Notes under the pieces: model-generated
What the model saw: the letters and a program-made list of their open reading frames with translations, nothing else
Told to the model about the DNA's origin: nothing
Database searches by the model: none
Position numbers and translations under genes: made by a program
Assembly: GCA_016432325.1 (NCBI GenBank)
Contig: CP066684.1
Location: forward strand, 32,001-96,000
DNA: 64,000 bases
Origin: Candidatus Aenigmatarchaeota archaeon
GTDB taxonomy: Archaea > Aenigmatarchaeota > Aenigmatarchaeia > PWEA01 > JACQIF01
Direction of reading: 5' to 3'
In this document: positions 42,793-53,074 of the stretch, in pieces
Position numbering within the stretch: the stretch's first letter is position 1
Layout of the letters: every line of letters begins with the position of its first letter

Positions 42793-44313
42793 ATGGCAGC
42801 ATATACAACCGCCCAGAACGCCAATGAGGGACCGGTAAACGTCCCACCGCAAACCGTTCAGCCGTCAGCGCAGTCTCCTGTTACACTTTCTCTCCGCGAC
42901 GTATACGTCAAGTTCATCAACTGGCTGCCCGGACTGGACAAGCCGAGGGAAAAGTTGCTGTTCAAGACGAAGCTCATATGGACCGCGGCCATGCTGCTGT
43001 CGTTCTACGTGATGAGCGAAATCCGCGTCTGGGGTTCCGGCGACCCCGCGGGCAACCTTGCCCTCGCAGAGACGGTCCTCGGTTCGCAGATAGGAACTCT
43101 CATGACACTCGGCATCGGGCCCATTGTTACGGCGTCCATAATACTACAGTTGATATCGGGCAGCGGCATGATACGCATAGACACGTCGACCCATCAGGGC
43201 CGCGCCGTTTACCAGGGAACGCAGAAGGTTCTGGCCATCGGCTTCGCGTTCTTCGAGGCGATCGCCTTCGTGATGTTCGGGGCTGTCCCCCCTGCCTCTG
43301 CGGGTCTCGGGCTCGCCGCGGCCGTGATGTTCCAGATAGCTCTCGGAGGACTCATAGTGATACTGATGGACGAGGTCGTCTCCAAGTGGGGCATCGGTTC
43401 TGGCATATCCCTCTTCATCGCCGCAGGAGTCGGCCGCGAGATATTCATACGCGCCTTCAACTTCGTCGGCCAGGGAGGGGTCATAAGGCCCGTCGGAAAC
43501 ATTCCCGTTGCCGTCAGCAGCTTCATGTCAGGGGCTCCGGGCAACGCCTTCATAGCGCTAGTGCCGATAGCCATCACGATTGTCGTGTTCTTCATAGTCG
43601 TCTACGCCCAAGCAATGAAAGTGGAGATACCGATGACGATAAACGCCCTGTTCGGCAAGCGCGTGGCGCCGGGATGGCGCGGCCTCAGTCACAGGTATCC
43701 GCTCAAGCTTCTCTACACTTCGAACATCCCCGTCATACTGATGTCCGCGCTTCTCGCCAACTTCCAGCTGTGGGCGACGCTTCTACAGTCCCGCGGATCG
43801 CCGATTCTCGGTACGGTCGGAGCCAGCGGGATCGCTGAAACAGGACTCATCTCGTGGATATCGCCGCCGACCCAAGTGCCTTTCTCCGAGATAATGATAG
43901 CCGCTCTGGATCCGTCGGTTTCGGTCAACCCCGACGCGTGGAGGTGGATTACGTACGCCATCTTCCTCACGGCCGGCTCCATAATATTCGCGTTCTTCTG
44001 GGTCAACACGGCAGGTCTCGATTCCAAGACGATGGCGCAGAAGATGCATAACGCGGGCTTCGGCGTGCCGGGCTTCCGCAGCGACGTTCGCGTCGTGGAA
44101 CGCGTGCTGGACCGCTACATACCGGCGCTGACCATACTCTCGGGCGCTTTCATAGGGCTCCTCGCGTCATTCGCGGACTTCGCCGGCGTGCTGGGCAGCG
44201 GCACCGGAATCCTGCTCGCAGTCATGATAATATACAACCTCTACGAACAGATAGCCCAGCAGCACGTGGAAGAGATGCATCCGATAATGCGCAAGTTCAT
44301 GGGTGGTACGTGA
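42793..44313 (+). CDS. secY: protein translocase subunit SecY
   Basis: LGIGPIVTASIILQL, DEVVSKWGIGSGISLFI, YTSNIPVIL, SGTGILLAV. Confidence 0.97.
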   Translation: MAAYTTAQNANEGPVNVPPQTVQPSAQSPVTLSLRDVYVKFINWLPGLDKPREKLLFKTKLIWTAAMLLSFYVMSEIRVWGSGDPAGNLALAETVLGSQIGTLMTLGIGPIVTASIILQLISGSGMIRIDTSTHQGRAVYQGTQKVLAIGFAFFEAIAFVMFGAVPPASAGLGLAAAVMFQIALGGLIVILMDEVVSKWGIGSGISLFIAAGVGREIFIRAFNFVGQGGVIRPVGNIPVAVSSFMSGAPGNAFIALVPIAITIVVFFIVVYAQAMKVEIPMTINALFGKRVAPGWRGLSHRYPLKLLYTSNIPVILMSALLANFQLWATLLQSRGSPILGTVGASGIAETGLISWISPPTQVPFSEIMIAALDPSVSVNPDAWRWITYAIFLTAGSIIFAFFWVNTAGLDSKTMAQKMHNAGFGVPGFRSDVRVVERVLDRYIPALTILSGAFIGLLASFADFAGVLGSGTGILLAVMIIYNLYEQIAQQHVEEMHPIMRKFMGGT

Positions 44314-44984
44314 TGGAGTTCCTTGTGACGCATGCGGCGCTGTCCATAGCAGTTGTGGCACTGGTCACGTCATTCGCGATAACCCTGATTTACAAGTACA
44401 CGATGGACCAGAACAAGGCGAAAAATATCCGTCTCGAACTGGAGGAGCTCAAGAAGAAGGCGGTGGACGCACAGAAGGAGAACAACCAGAAGGACTCGAA
44501 GAAGTATCAGGACAGGATGATGGAGATTTCCCACGACCAGATGCGCATGAGCATGAAGCCCATGATGGTAACATTCGTTATCGTGATACCCGTCTTCGTT
44601 TGGCTGCTGCCCCTGCTCTATGCGGTGCCGTCCGTGACGCTCACCGAAGGCTCCGGAACGCTCGTTTATCAAGGAGTCGATATTCCTGTTACGCTGACAA
44701 CCAACAGCGATCCTGTTTTGACCATCGGAGCCGTTCCTGTGAACGGCGAGACATACGGCAAGGAGGTGAAGTTTCCCAACACCGTAGTCGTCAATGAAGG
44801 AGGGTATATGTTCCAGCCCGTGTTGTACAACAAGGAGACCTCGCGGCTCGAGGCTAAGCGCATTGTTGTAACGCTTCCCGTACCTCTGCCGTTCTTCGGT
44901 TCTGAGTTGGGCTGGATAGGATGGTACGTATTCTGCTCGTTACCGCTCGGCATTCTCACAAGGAAGCTGATGGGCGTCGTATGA
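44313..44984 (+). CDS. DUF106 / EMC3-TMCO1 (Oxa1 superfamily) membrane protein
   Basis: TM, coiled coil, MKPM, C-terminal LGWIGWY..S..RKLMG; position after secY. Confidence 0.88.
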   Translation: MEFLVTHAALSIAVVALVTSFAITLIYKYTMDQNKAKNIRLELEELKKKAVDAQKENNQKDSKKYQDRMMEISHDQMRMSMKPMMVTFVIVIPVFVWLLPLLYAVPSVTLTEGSGTLVYQGVDIPVTLTTNSDPVLTIGAVPVNGETYGKEVKFPNTVVVNEGGYMFQPVLYNKETSRLEAKRIVVTLPVPLPFFGSELGWIGWYVFCSLPLGILTRKLMGVV

Positions 44985-45943
44985 TGAACAAGGATTGGCT
45001 CGTTCGTTCGGAAGAGATATCAGACATGCGCTTCGGCTGCTATCCCGGCGCGCGTACTGTCGAAAATCACATAAAAAACGGAATCGTCGTCATAGACAAG
45101 CCCCCGGGTCCGACTTCCCATCAGGTTACGGCTTGGGTCCGCGACATGCTTGGTTTGAAAAGGGCGGGCCACGCAGGCACGCTTGACCCCAAGGTTACGG
45201 GCGTGCTGGTGACGGCTCTGGAGAACGCGACGAAGATAATGCCCGCCTTGATGGGCGCGCAGAAGGAATACGTCGCCGTCATGAAAGTTCACCGCGACGT
45301 GACGGACGCGGAGCTCGCGGACGTCGTTAAAAAGTTTCTCGGCAAGATAAGGCAGACGCCGCCGCGAAAGTCCGCGGTCAAACGCGTCGAACGCACACGC
45401 GAAGTGCAAGAACTGGAAATTCTGGAGCGCGACGGCAACGACGTGCTGATGCGCGTTTCGTGCGAGGCCGGAACGTACATCCGCAAGCTCATATCGGACA
45501 TGGGTGTGCTTATCGGCGGTGCGCACATGGCCGAGCTGCGTCGCGTGCGCTCCGGATTCTTCGGCGAAAGCGCGCTCGTGCGCATGCAGGACCTCAAGGA
45601 CGCGTACGACGTCTGGAAGGAGACAGGCAACGAGGACGAAATCCGCAAGCTCGTCATGCCTGTGGAAGAGGGCGTTGAGCACCTGAAGCACGTGATCGTC
45701 AAAGACACGGCCATCGACGCTTTGTGCAACGGCGCGCCGCTTTCGAGCGGCGGCGTGCTGAGGCTTGAAAAAGACGTTCGCGCAGGCGATCTTGTCGCGC
45801 TGCTTTCCGCCAAAGGCGAGCTCGTCGCGATAGGCAAGGCCGCCGCCGGCGCGGAAGCAATCCACAAGGAGCGCGTGATGGCCGTGCGCACAGACCGCGT
45901 GGTCATGGCCCGCGGCGTCTATCCGAGGACGTGGAAGGTTTGA
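44981..45943 (+). CDS. cbf5: H/ACA RNA-guided pseudouridine synthase Cbf5 (TruB family plus PUA)
   Basis: DKPPGPTSHQV, GHAGTLDPKVTG, CEAGTYIRKL. Confidence 0.96.
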   Translation: MMNKDWLVRSEEISDMRFGCYPGARTVENHIKNGIVVIDKPPGPTSHQVTAWVRDMLGLKRAGHAGTLDPKVTGVLVTALENATKIMPALMGAQKEYVAVMKVHRDVTDAELADVVKKFLGKIRQTPPRKSAVKRVERTREVQELEILERDGNDVLMRVSCEAGTYIRKLISDMGVLIGGAHMAELRRVRSGFFGESALVRMQDLKDAYDVWKETGNEDEIRKLVMPVEEGVEHLKHVIVKDTAIDALCNGAPLSSGGVLRLEKDVRAGDLVALLSAKGELVAIGKAAAGAEAIHKERVMAVRTDRVVMARGVYPRTWKV

Positions 45944-45977
45944 TGTTTATATATAATTCAACGGCAAACGTGATTCA

Positions 45978-46154
45978 ATGCCCAAATCCAAACTCGAAAC
46001 CCTTCTCGAAGTGCTGGCCTGCCCCAAGTGCAAGGGCGACGTGCGCCATTTGAAAAAAGAGAGCGTCCTGGTCTGCGAACGGTGCCACCTCAAATACAAG
46101 ATTCTCGAAAATGACGTTCCTGACATGCTCATCAAGGACGCGGAGGCGTACTGA
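45978..46154 (+). CDS. trm112: Trm112-like methyltransferase activator (58 aa, not in ORF track)
   Basis: LLEVLACPKCKG..LVCERCHLKYKI..VPDML. Confidence 0.9.
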   Translation: MPKSKLETLLEVLACPKCKGDVRHLKKESVLVCERCHLKYKILENDVPDMLIKDAEAY

Positions 46155-46552
46155 TGTTCGTCCGCGTCGCGGGCGCGCGGCTCGAAGTGGACGAGTCCCT
46201 GATCAGGAACAAGAGCAGGGACGATATCGCGAAGGACGTTGACGCGTACATGAAGCGCAGGCGCCTTACGTTCGAGGACTACGACGTGGACATGAAACCG
46301 TTCACGCACTTCCAGAGGCGCGTGCTCGTGGAGATGCGCCACATACCGTTTGGAATGACATTTTCGTACAAGCGCTTGGCAGAACTGGTGGGCAGGCCGC
46401 ATGCGTACCGCGCTGTTGCAAACGTCTGCGCGACGAACGCTCTGCCGATAATAATTCCGTGCCACCGCGTGGTCGGTTCGCACTCTCTCGGAGGCTACTC
46501 GGCCGGACTCGGCGTCAAGAAGGCATTGCTGAGACTTGAGATGGGTCACTGA
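46154..46552 (+). CDS. ogt: methylated-DNA-protein-cysteine methyltransferase
   Basis: FQRRV..IPFG..SY, RAVA, IPCHRVV, GGY, LLRLE. Confidence 0.93.
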   Translation: MFVRVAGARLEVDESLIRNKSRDDIAKDVDAYMKRRRLTFEDYDVDMKPFTHFQRRVLVEMRHIPFGMTFSYKRLAELVGRPHAYRAVANVCATNALPIIIPCHRVVGSHSLGGYSAGLGVKKALLRLEMGH

Positions 46553-46601
46553 CCTGCCTGAAACTGCGCGGTTGCAAAGTCACCTGTCTTCTGCCTGGTA
46601 A

Positions 46602-47000
46602 CTACTCAACCGTCAGAGTGCCTGTATTCTCGTATATCGAGTCTGAGAACGTGTACGTGCCCGGACGCGCGGCGAAAGTGAATGTGCGCGTCTCTTCAGG
46701 CGGGATTATCTGGTCTATGCTGTAATCGGGAAGCGCGAAGCCGTGAGTGCTCGTCGCCGCGTTGCGGACTGTTATTGTAACCTCGCCTGCGGCCAGTGCG
46801 ATTGAAGAGGGCGCGAAGCCGCTGTCGTCTATTACGAGCGAAGCGGTCGACGGAAGGTTGGATTTGGCGTGTCCGGCGCCTTCTGCGGACCCCTGCGTGC
46901 CTCCGAGCGGACTCGTGGCCCCGCCCATGAGCGCGAATGCCAAAGCACCGACAACAATTAGAATGCCAATACCGAGCTCGAGTTCGCGCGTATACTTCAT
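46602..47000 (-). CDS. membrane-anchored cupredoxin-fold protein
   Basis: N-terminal TM; F.PSSI.L..GEVTITVRN..HGF..PGTYTF..GTLTVE. Confidence 0.75.
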   Translation of the reverse strand: MKYTRELELGIGILIVVGALAFALMGGATSPLGGTQGSAEGAGHAKSNLPSTASLVIDDSGFAPSSIALAAGEVTITVRNAATSTHGFALPDYSIDQIIPPEETRTFTFAARPGTYTFSDSIYENTGTLTVE

Positions 47001-47178
47001 AAACCCTTTACGGACGGCCCATTAATAAAGTTTTAAAAGCGCTATTGCGCGGACAGTCGGGTTTAAATAGCTACTGCGGAGCGCGGTAATTTTAAAACAA
47101 CGCATTGTTTTATATAGGTGCTGTTGCGTACAACGTACAGACCCTTTTTGAGGTTTCAATGTTTCTACGGTGACTATC

Positions 47179-47811
47179 ATGACAGACCAGATGGAAAGCA
47201 AGAAGACCGGGACAACCAACGTTGTGATCAGATACAACGGAGGCATAGTTCTCGGCGCTGAAAAGAAAGTGACGATGGGATACCTCGTGGACGGCACGCA
47301 CGTCAGAAAGGTGTATCCCATAGACGAGCACATAGCCATGACGATAGCGGGCATGGTAGGAGACCTGCAGTCGATCGTACGGTATCTCCGCGCCGAAGTG
47401 AAGCTCTACAAACTCCAGAAGGGCGAGCGCATCGGGGTGCGTTCTGCGGCTACGCTCTTGGCTAACATACTCCAAGGCGCCAAGTACTTCCCTTACATGG
47501 GGCAGTTTCTCCTGGCAGGAGTAGACAACAAAGGACCGCAACTGTATTCGCTGGACGCATACGGAGGCGTGGTCGACGGAGAGGACTATCTGGCGGCCGG
47601 CAGCGGAATGCCGTACGCACTGGGCGTTCTTGAAGACCAGTACAAATCCAACATCACGCGCGACCAGGGAATAACGTTGACACTCAAAGCGCTGCGCGCA
47701 GCCACAAAGCGCGACATAGCTTCAGGCGGCGACGGCTTCACGATAATAGTTATAGACGAGACGGGTTCCAAGGAACTCTCCGAGAAGGAGATAGACTCCT
47801 ATCTTAAGTGA
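47179..47811 (+). CDS. psmB: 20S proteasome beta subunit
   Basis: Propeptide KTG/TT, GSG, RDIASG. Confidence 0.95.
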   Translation: MTDQMESKKTGTTNVVIRYNGGIVLGAEKKVTMGYLVDGTHVRKVYPIDEHIAMTIAGMVGDLQSIVRYLRAEVKLYKLQKGERIGVRSAATLLANILQGAKYFPYMGQFLLAGVDNKGPQLYSLDAYGGVVDGEDYLAAGSGMPYALGVLEDQYKSNITRDQGITLTLKALRAATKRDIASGGDGFTIIVIDETGSKELSEKEIDSYLK

Positions 47812-47861
47812 CGGCCAAAAGATTCTCGAAACCGAGATAAGGAAACAAAAGGTGTACTCTG

Positions 47862-49733
47862 GTGAATATAATTGACGAAGTGAAGGCAGGGCTGCCTGCG
47901 GACGCGGACGTCTCTGACATCGCGTTCGAAGGCTCTGAGATTGTAGTATACGTGAAGAACCCCGAGACGTTCACGGCCAACGGGACGTTCATCCGCGCGC
48001 TTGTCTCCAAACTCAAGAAACGCATCGAGATACGGCCGGACCCTTCGATAACGAAGGACATGGAGGAGGTGCGCGAGACGATAAAGAAGGCCATTCCGGA
48101 AGCGGCCGGCCTCGAGGAGATAACATTCGAACCGGCATTCTCGCGCGTCACCATCGAGGCCCTAAAGCCCGGGCTGGTCATAGGCAAGGGTGGCGAGCTG
48201 CTGAGGAAGATAAAGAGCGACACCCACTGGGCGACTGTCGTGAAGCGCGCGCCTGCGATACAGTCGGATGTCGTGGCGACGATACGAAAAGTTCTTTTCA
48301 AGGAGTCCGAGTTCCGCCGCAAGTTTTTGAACGATATCGGCAAGCGCATCCACACGGCGGACAAGAAGGAGATAGACTGGGTGCGCCTGACCGCGCTGGG
48401 GGCGTTCCGCGAGGTCGGCCGCTCGTGCATGCAGATATCCACGCCGAACAGCCGCGTCATCATGGACTGCGGTGTGAAGCCTTCCACGAAGCCGGAGTAT
48501 CCGTATCTGCAGATTCCCGAATTCGACATCCGCGCGCTGGACGCGGTCATAATTTCGCACTCTCACCTCGACCACGTGGGGTTCATGCCCTATCTGTACG
48601 AATACGGTTACGAGGGTCCTGTCTATTCCACGTCGCCGACGCGCGACCTTATGACCCTGCTGTGCCTGGACTACGTGGACATCGGCGAACGCGAGGGCGG
48701 AGGGTCGCCTTACACGACACGGGCCGTCGAAAAGGCGATAAAGCATTCCATAACGCTTGAATACGGCGAGGTCTCGGACATCACTCCTGACATGCGCGTC
48801 ACCCTGCAGAACGCCGGCCATATGCTCGGCTCGGCGCTGGTCCACCTGCACGTCGGCGAGGGGCTGCACAACATCGTCTATACAGGGGACTACAACTTCG
48901 AGCGTTCGAAGCTGTCAGAGCCCACGTTCACGGATTTCCAGCGCATCGAGACCCTGATAACGGAGTCAACGTACGGCGCCGCGAACGCAATACAGCCTTC
49001 GCGCGTCGACGCGGAGCGCAAACTCATCGATAAAGTCATGGCGACTCTGAAGCGCGGCGGGAAGGTGCTGATACCGTCTTTCGCGGTGGAGCGCGCCCAG
49101 GAGATGATGATAGTCCTCGCGACGCAGAAGGACTTCAACTATCCCGTGTATCTCGACGGCATGCTGTGGGACGCGACGGCCATACACACCACGTATCCTG
49201 AATACATGTCGCGCGAACTGCAATACAAGATATTCCACCAGGGCGAGAACCCGTTCCTGAGCCCCATCTTCAAGCGCGTCGGTTCGGCCACGGAACGCAA
49301 GGAGGTCATAAACAGCACAGAGCCTTGCGTCGTGATAGCCACGTCGGGGATGCTCGTGGGCGGGCCTTCTGTCGAATACCTGAAGCACTTCGCCGAGGAC
49401 GAGAAGAATACGCTCCTGTTCGTCAGCTACCAGGCTGAAGGTACGCTAGGCGCGAAGATCCAGCGGGGATGGAAGGAGATACCTCTCGAGGAGAAAGGCA
49501 AGCGCGTGCTCGTGAAGGTGAACATGGAAGTCGACGTGATAGACGGCTTTTCCGGGCACTCCGACAGGAACCAGCTGCTTTCGTACATCCACAGGCTCCG
49601 CGATCGTCCGAAAAGGGTGATATGCGTGCACGGGGAAGAGTCGCGCTGTCTCGACTTGGCGCACGCGATACACAAGAACTTCAGAATAGAGACGCTGGTG
49701 CCGAGGAACTTGGAGACCGTGAGGCTTGTTTGA
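47862..49733 (+). CDS. fttA: beta-CASP ribonuclease aCPSF1 / termination factor FttA
   Basis: KH domains, REVGRS, HSHLDH, AGHMLGS, GFSGHSD, VHGE. Confidence 0.96.
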   Translation: MNIIDEVKAGLPADADVSDIAFEGSEIVVYVKNPETFTANGTFIRALVSKLKKRIEIRPDPSITKDMEEVRETIKKAIPEAAGLEEITFEPAFSRVTIEALKPGLVIGKGGELLRKIKSDTHWATVVKRAPAIQSDVVATIRKVLFKESEFRRKFLNDIGKRIHTADKKEIDWVRLTALGAFREVGRSCMQISTPNSRVIMDCGVKPSTKPEYPYLQIPEFDIRALDAVIISHSHLDHVGFMPYLYEYGYEGPVYSTSPTRDLMTLLCLDYVDIGEREGGGSPYTTRAVEKAIKHSITLEYGEVSDITPDMRVTLQNAGHMLGSALVHLHVGEGLHNIVYTGDYNFERSKLSEPTFTDFQRIETLITESTYGAANAIQPSRVDAERKLIDKVMATLKRGGKVLIPSFAVERAQEMMIVLATQKDFNYPVYLDGMLWDATAIHTTYPEYMSRELQYKIFHQGENPFLSPIFKRVGSATERKEVINSTEPCVVIATSGMLVGGPSVEYLKHFAEDEKNTLLFVSYQAEGTLGAKIQRGWKEIPLEEKGKRVLVKVNMEVDVIDGFSGHSDRNQLLSYIHRLRDRPKRVICVHGEESRCLDLAHAIHKNFRIETLVPRNLETVRLV

Positions 49734-49775
49734 GTTTCAAGTTCTGCCATATACGAGGACACGGCCTTTATCTAA

Positions 49776-50444
49776 TTACGTTCGGCCGTATTTACGAACT
49801 TTCTCACAGCGTTTTATTATCCAACCAAATAGGTCGACGAGGGGTTTATACATGGATCCGGTTGCGGTAAGAATAAGAGTAACAAATGCGATGAAAATCT
49901 CTATCGGATAGACTCTTTGCCCAACGTCAGTGCGGATATCATAAGACAACCTCTCAATAGGACAGAAACAGTTAGATCCCTCGCAGCCGTCTTTGCTCTC
50001 TATATAGAGACGATCTATCCCTATACGACATTCCGCCGACTGGTATGGAACCCACATTTCTTCGTGTGCAATCAGGCGAGTTATATTCCCATTCACGATA
50101 AAATTCTTAAACCGCCGGCTATGGTAGACCCTTTTGTATTCTGGTATTGGGTTGCCTGTACCATCAAGACAGCTCCATATAAATGAATATCGAAGGTCTC
50201 TCTCGAATTTCGTGAGGTCGCCATTGATTTCTAATTCCATTGTTGTAAGGGCGCTTTCATGTTCTATCAAGAAAAACGGACTGAATACTCCATACCACGA
50301 AGATGGCCTCGTCGATATGTCTATTCGATTTAGCTCCGCCGATGAAGCTTGACTACAAGATCGATTGTATTCTTCGGCGTTCACGAACTCTGTCTGTAGA
50401 ACGAAGAAGAAAGACAGCAGGAGTAAAAACAGCTTCCACTTCAT
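49776..50444 (-). CDS. hypothetical secreted, membrane-anchored protein
   Basis: Signal peptide, Cys-containing ectodomain, C-terminal TM; AT-richer than neighbours. Confidence 0.65.
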   Translation of the reverse strand: MKWKLFLLLLSFFFVLQTEFVNAEEYNRSCSQASSAELNRIDISTRPSSWYGVFSPFFLIEHESALTTMELEINGDLTKFERDLRYSFIWSCLDGTGNPIPEYKRVYHSRRFKNFIVNGNITRLIAHEEMWVPYQSAECRIGIDRLYIESKDGCEGSNCFCPIERLSYDIRTDVGQRVYPIEIFIAFVTLILTATGSMYKPLVDLFGWIIKRCEKVRKYGRT

Positions 50445-50476
50445 TAAACAACCCCCATGGATAGGAGAGTTCCTGC

Positions 50477-51001
50477 TTATGTATCTTTCGATGCCATGTG
50501 TCTCTTACCTTCGTGGGGGAATATTCCCAACTTCATTAAAACCACGTCAAAGAAGCTCAACGAAGCGAGCATGAGACTCAGAGAGGCCGTGATGATAAAC
50601 GCGTCTCTAAACATACTCTCCACATAGGGATATTCTACCAAAAACAGGAATGTAAGAGCGGCCATGAAGAACTCCAGAGATGATACTGTTGCCAAAAGAA
50701 GAGCTCGATTCGCCGCGCCCGATATGTTAAGAAGTCCGTACATGAATGACGCGGTCACGAACGCTATAGACCCGAGAGCGAATACGTCCACAGGTTTTAA
50801 TTCTGGTAAACCGAGTCCACTCGAAACGGCAGACAACACGCCAAACCCGACAAGAAGTGTCCCTTGGCCAAGTAAGATCCCTCTCCCGCGTTCTGTTGTA
50901 AGTTGAAAATTGGCCGTGATAGGAAGCGCTATTCTCGCAATACCGTACCCAATAAATAGTATTGAGGCCGCTAGAAGGCCAAGAGTGAACGCGTCAATCA
51001 T
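50477..51001 (-). CDS. hypothetical multi-TM membrane protein
   Basis: About five hydrophobic helices; AT-richer than neighbours. Confidence 0.65.
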   Translation of the reverse strand: MIDAFTLGLLAASILFIGYGIARIALPITANFQLTTERGRGILLGQGTLLVGFGVLSAVSSGLGLPELKPVDVFALGSIAFVTASFMYGLLNISGAANRALLLATVSSLEFFMAALTFLFLVEYPYVESMFRDAFIITASLSLMLASLSFFDVVLMKLGIFPHEGKRHMASKDT

Positions 51002-51060
51002 CTGTCAACACCTTTCCTAAGTTACGCTAAACAAAATAAAAAAAGAACGGCCGCGCGTTT

Positions 51061-51435
51061 CTATCGCGCGGCAGGTCCCGGAGCAGGGCCAAGAACGGCC
51101 TGTCCGGGTTCAGAACGATCGACACGCGCGAAGTTCGGCGTGATTATCACGAAGTTCTCATCGACTCCTGCGATGTCTCCGTTTATCGCCATTACCGTCT
51201 TGCGCAAGCGCTCGACCGCGCGCTTGAGTTCGCTCATGTCCTTGTCCTTCAAGCCTTTGATCTTGACGAAGACTATGTTGCCTTCCCTGACCATTTTCTG
51301 GACCGGCTCGACGTCGGCGTAGTCGTTTATCTTCGCGATTCTTATCGGAATCGAGCTCGCGTCGTGCGCGCTGTGGTGCTCGACCTCGACAAAGTCGTCT
51401 TCAGACGCTTCCCTTTTCAAAAAATCCCATGCCAT
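51061..51435 (-). CDS. sepF: cell division protein SepF
   Basis: VREGNIVFVKI..ELKRAVERLRK..GDIAGV..VIITP. Confidence 0.9.
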   Translation of the reverse strand: MAWDFLKREASEDDFVEVEHHSAHDASSIPIRIAKINDYADVEPVQKMVREGNIVFVKIKGLKDKDMSELKRAVERLRKTVMAINGDIAGVDENFVIITPNFARVDRSEPGQAVLGPAPGPAAR

Positions 51436-51539
51436 CTCAAATCACCTTCTGTTTTTAATCCTCCCGACTGCGTTTTATTGTGTTCTAGGTGATATTTAAA
51501 GGCTCGGGAGCCCGTTGCGCATTTAAACGGCTTCGGGGT

Positions 51540-52973
51540 TCAGTAGCTCCTTCCGAAGTACGCGGCGTGGCTGGCTCCCTTGCCGCAATACACGCATTCG
51601 CCCTTGACAGGTTTCGTATTGAGTCCGTAGGGCAGGCACGATATCTTGGCGCCCGTCTCCTCCCTGACTCCGTCTTCGCAGGTTCTCGAGCCGCACCATA
51701 GGGCGCGGATGCGATTCCCATCGAGGTGCTTCTTGAGCTCCGTCATATTAGAAGCCTCCTTCGTGTGCTCATCGGCAAATTTCTTTGCCTTGCTGTAAAG
51801 ACTCTTCTGTATCTCCTCGAGCGCGGCCTCCGCCTTCTCGCGGAGTCCCGTGAGCTTCACGGCCGTCTTCTTCCCGTCGTCCCTTCTGACGAACACGGCT
51901 TCCTTTGATGCCATGTCCCTTGGGCCGCACTCTATGCGCAGGGGCACTCCTCGCAGTTCCCACCAGTTGAACTTGAATCCCGGCGTATAGGCGTCTCTGT
52001 CGTCCACGTGCACGCGCAGTCCGGGGAGCTTCTCGGAGATTTCGTGGGCGTATTTGAGAACCTCCGTCTTGTTTTCGTCCTTGTATATTGGAACTATGAC
52101 GGCTTGTACAGGCGCAACTCGAGGCGGTACTATCAGTCCCTTGTCGTCCCCGTGCGTGGCGAAGAGTATTCCCATCGAACGGGTCGTGAAGCCCCATGAG
52201 TTCTGGTAGACGTGCTGGTCCTTCTCGTCTTTGTCCTTGAACGTGATGCCGAAGGGCCTGGAAAAGTTCTGTCCCAGATGATGCGAGGTGCATCCCTGTA
52301 TGACCCAGCCGTCCGGCATCATGATTTCCAGAGTGGTCGTATATTCCGCGCCGGCAAACTTCTCTTTCTCCGACTTGAGACCCGAGACGACGGGGACCGC
52401 CATGAGGTCCTCGTAAACCGCTCTGTAGTCCTCTCTCGCGTCCTCGACATCGCGTTTCGCCGTTTCCTTGTCCGCGAATGCCGTGTGGCCCTCCTGCCAG
52501 AGAAACTCCCGCGTTCTCAGGAAGAGCATGGGATGCTTGAACTCCCAGCGAACGATGTTGCACCATTGGTTTATCTTGAGAGGCAGGTCGCGCCACGAGC
52601 GTATCCATTTGGCGAACGACTCGTACATTATGGTTTCTGACGTCGGTCTCACCGCAAGGCGTTCTCCGAGCTTGGTCTCTCCCGAATGGGTGACCCAGGC
52701 GACTTCAGGAGCGAATCCTTCTATGTGCTCCGACTCTTTCTTGAGCAACGACTCCGGTATGAACATCGGGAAGTATGTGTTCTGAACGCCGCGGGCCTTG
52801 AACCTGTCGTCGAGCGCGCGTTGAATCCTTTCCCATATTGCGTGCGCGTACGGTCTTATCACCATGCAGCCGCTGACCGAGGAGTGGTCGGCGAGCTCGG
52901 CCTTCTGCACGATTTCATTGTACCACTCGCTGAATTCGGATTTCTTGTGCTGCATTCCAAGCTGTTCTGACAT
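51540..52973 (-). CDS. proS: prolyl-tRNA synthetase (archaeal/eukaryotic type)
   Basis: RPTSET, FLRTREFLWQEGHT, HHLGQNFS, C-terminal Zn site and GRSY. Confidence 0.97.
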   Translation of the reverse strand: MSEQLGMQHKKSEFSEWYNEIVQKAELADHSSVSGCMVIRPYAHAIWERIQRALDDRFKARGVQNTYFPMFIPESLLKKESEHIEGFAPEVAWVTHSGETKLGERLAVRPTSETIMYESFAKWIRSWRDLPLKINQWCNIVRWEFKHPMLFLRTREFLWQEGHTAFADKETAKRDVEDAREDYRAVYEDLMAVPVVSGLKSEKEKFAGAEYTTTLEIMMPDGWVIQGCTSHHLGQNFSRPFGITFKDKDEKDQHVYQNSWGFTTRSMGILFATHGDDKGLIVPPRVAPVQAVIVPIYKDENKTEVLKYAHEISEKLPGLRVHVDDRDAYTPGFKFNWWELRGVPLRIECGPRDMASKEAVFVRRDDGKKTAVKLTGLREKAEAALEEIQKSLYSKAKKFADEHTKEASNMTELKKHLDGNRIRALWCGSRTCEDGVREETGAKISCLPYGLNTKPVKGECVYCGKGASHAAYFGRSY

Positions 52974-53017
52974 TCACCGAACCTCGTGAGGCAAGTTTGA
53001 AATCCGCATGATTTCAT
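52974..53017 (-). promoter_or_regulatory. two-hairpin leader before proS
   Basis: Minus strand ATGAAATC-atgcg-GATTTCA-aactt-GCCTC-ac-GAGGT-TCGGTGA-ATG; same layout as the rpl14 leader. Confidence 0.6.
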
Positions 53018-53074
53018 GCGTACGTCCACCGTCGTACGACAGATATTAAAGCCTACGGAACCTATATAAAACGT

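Noticed and set aside
44981-45943. Crenarchaeal-type intron in cbf5
   Set aside because: The reading frame and catalytic motifs are continuous.
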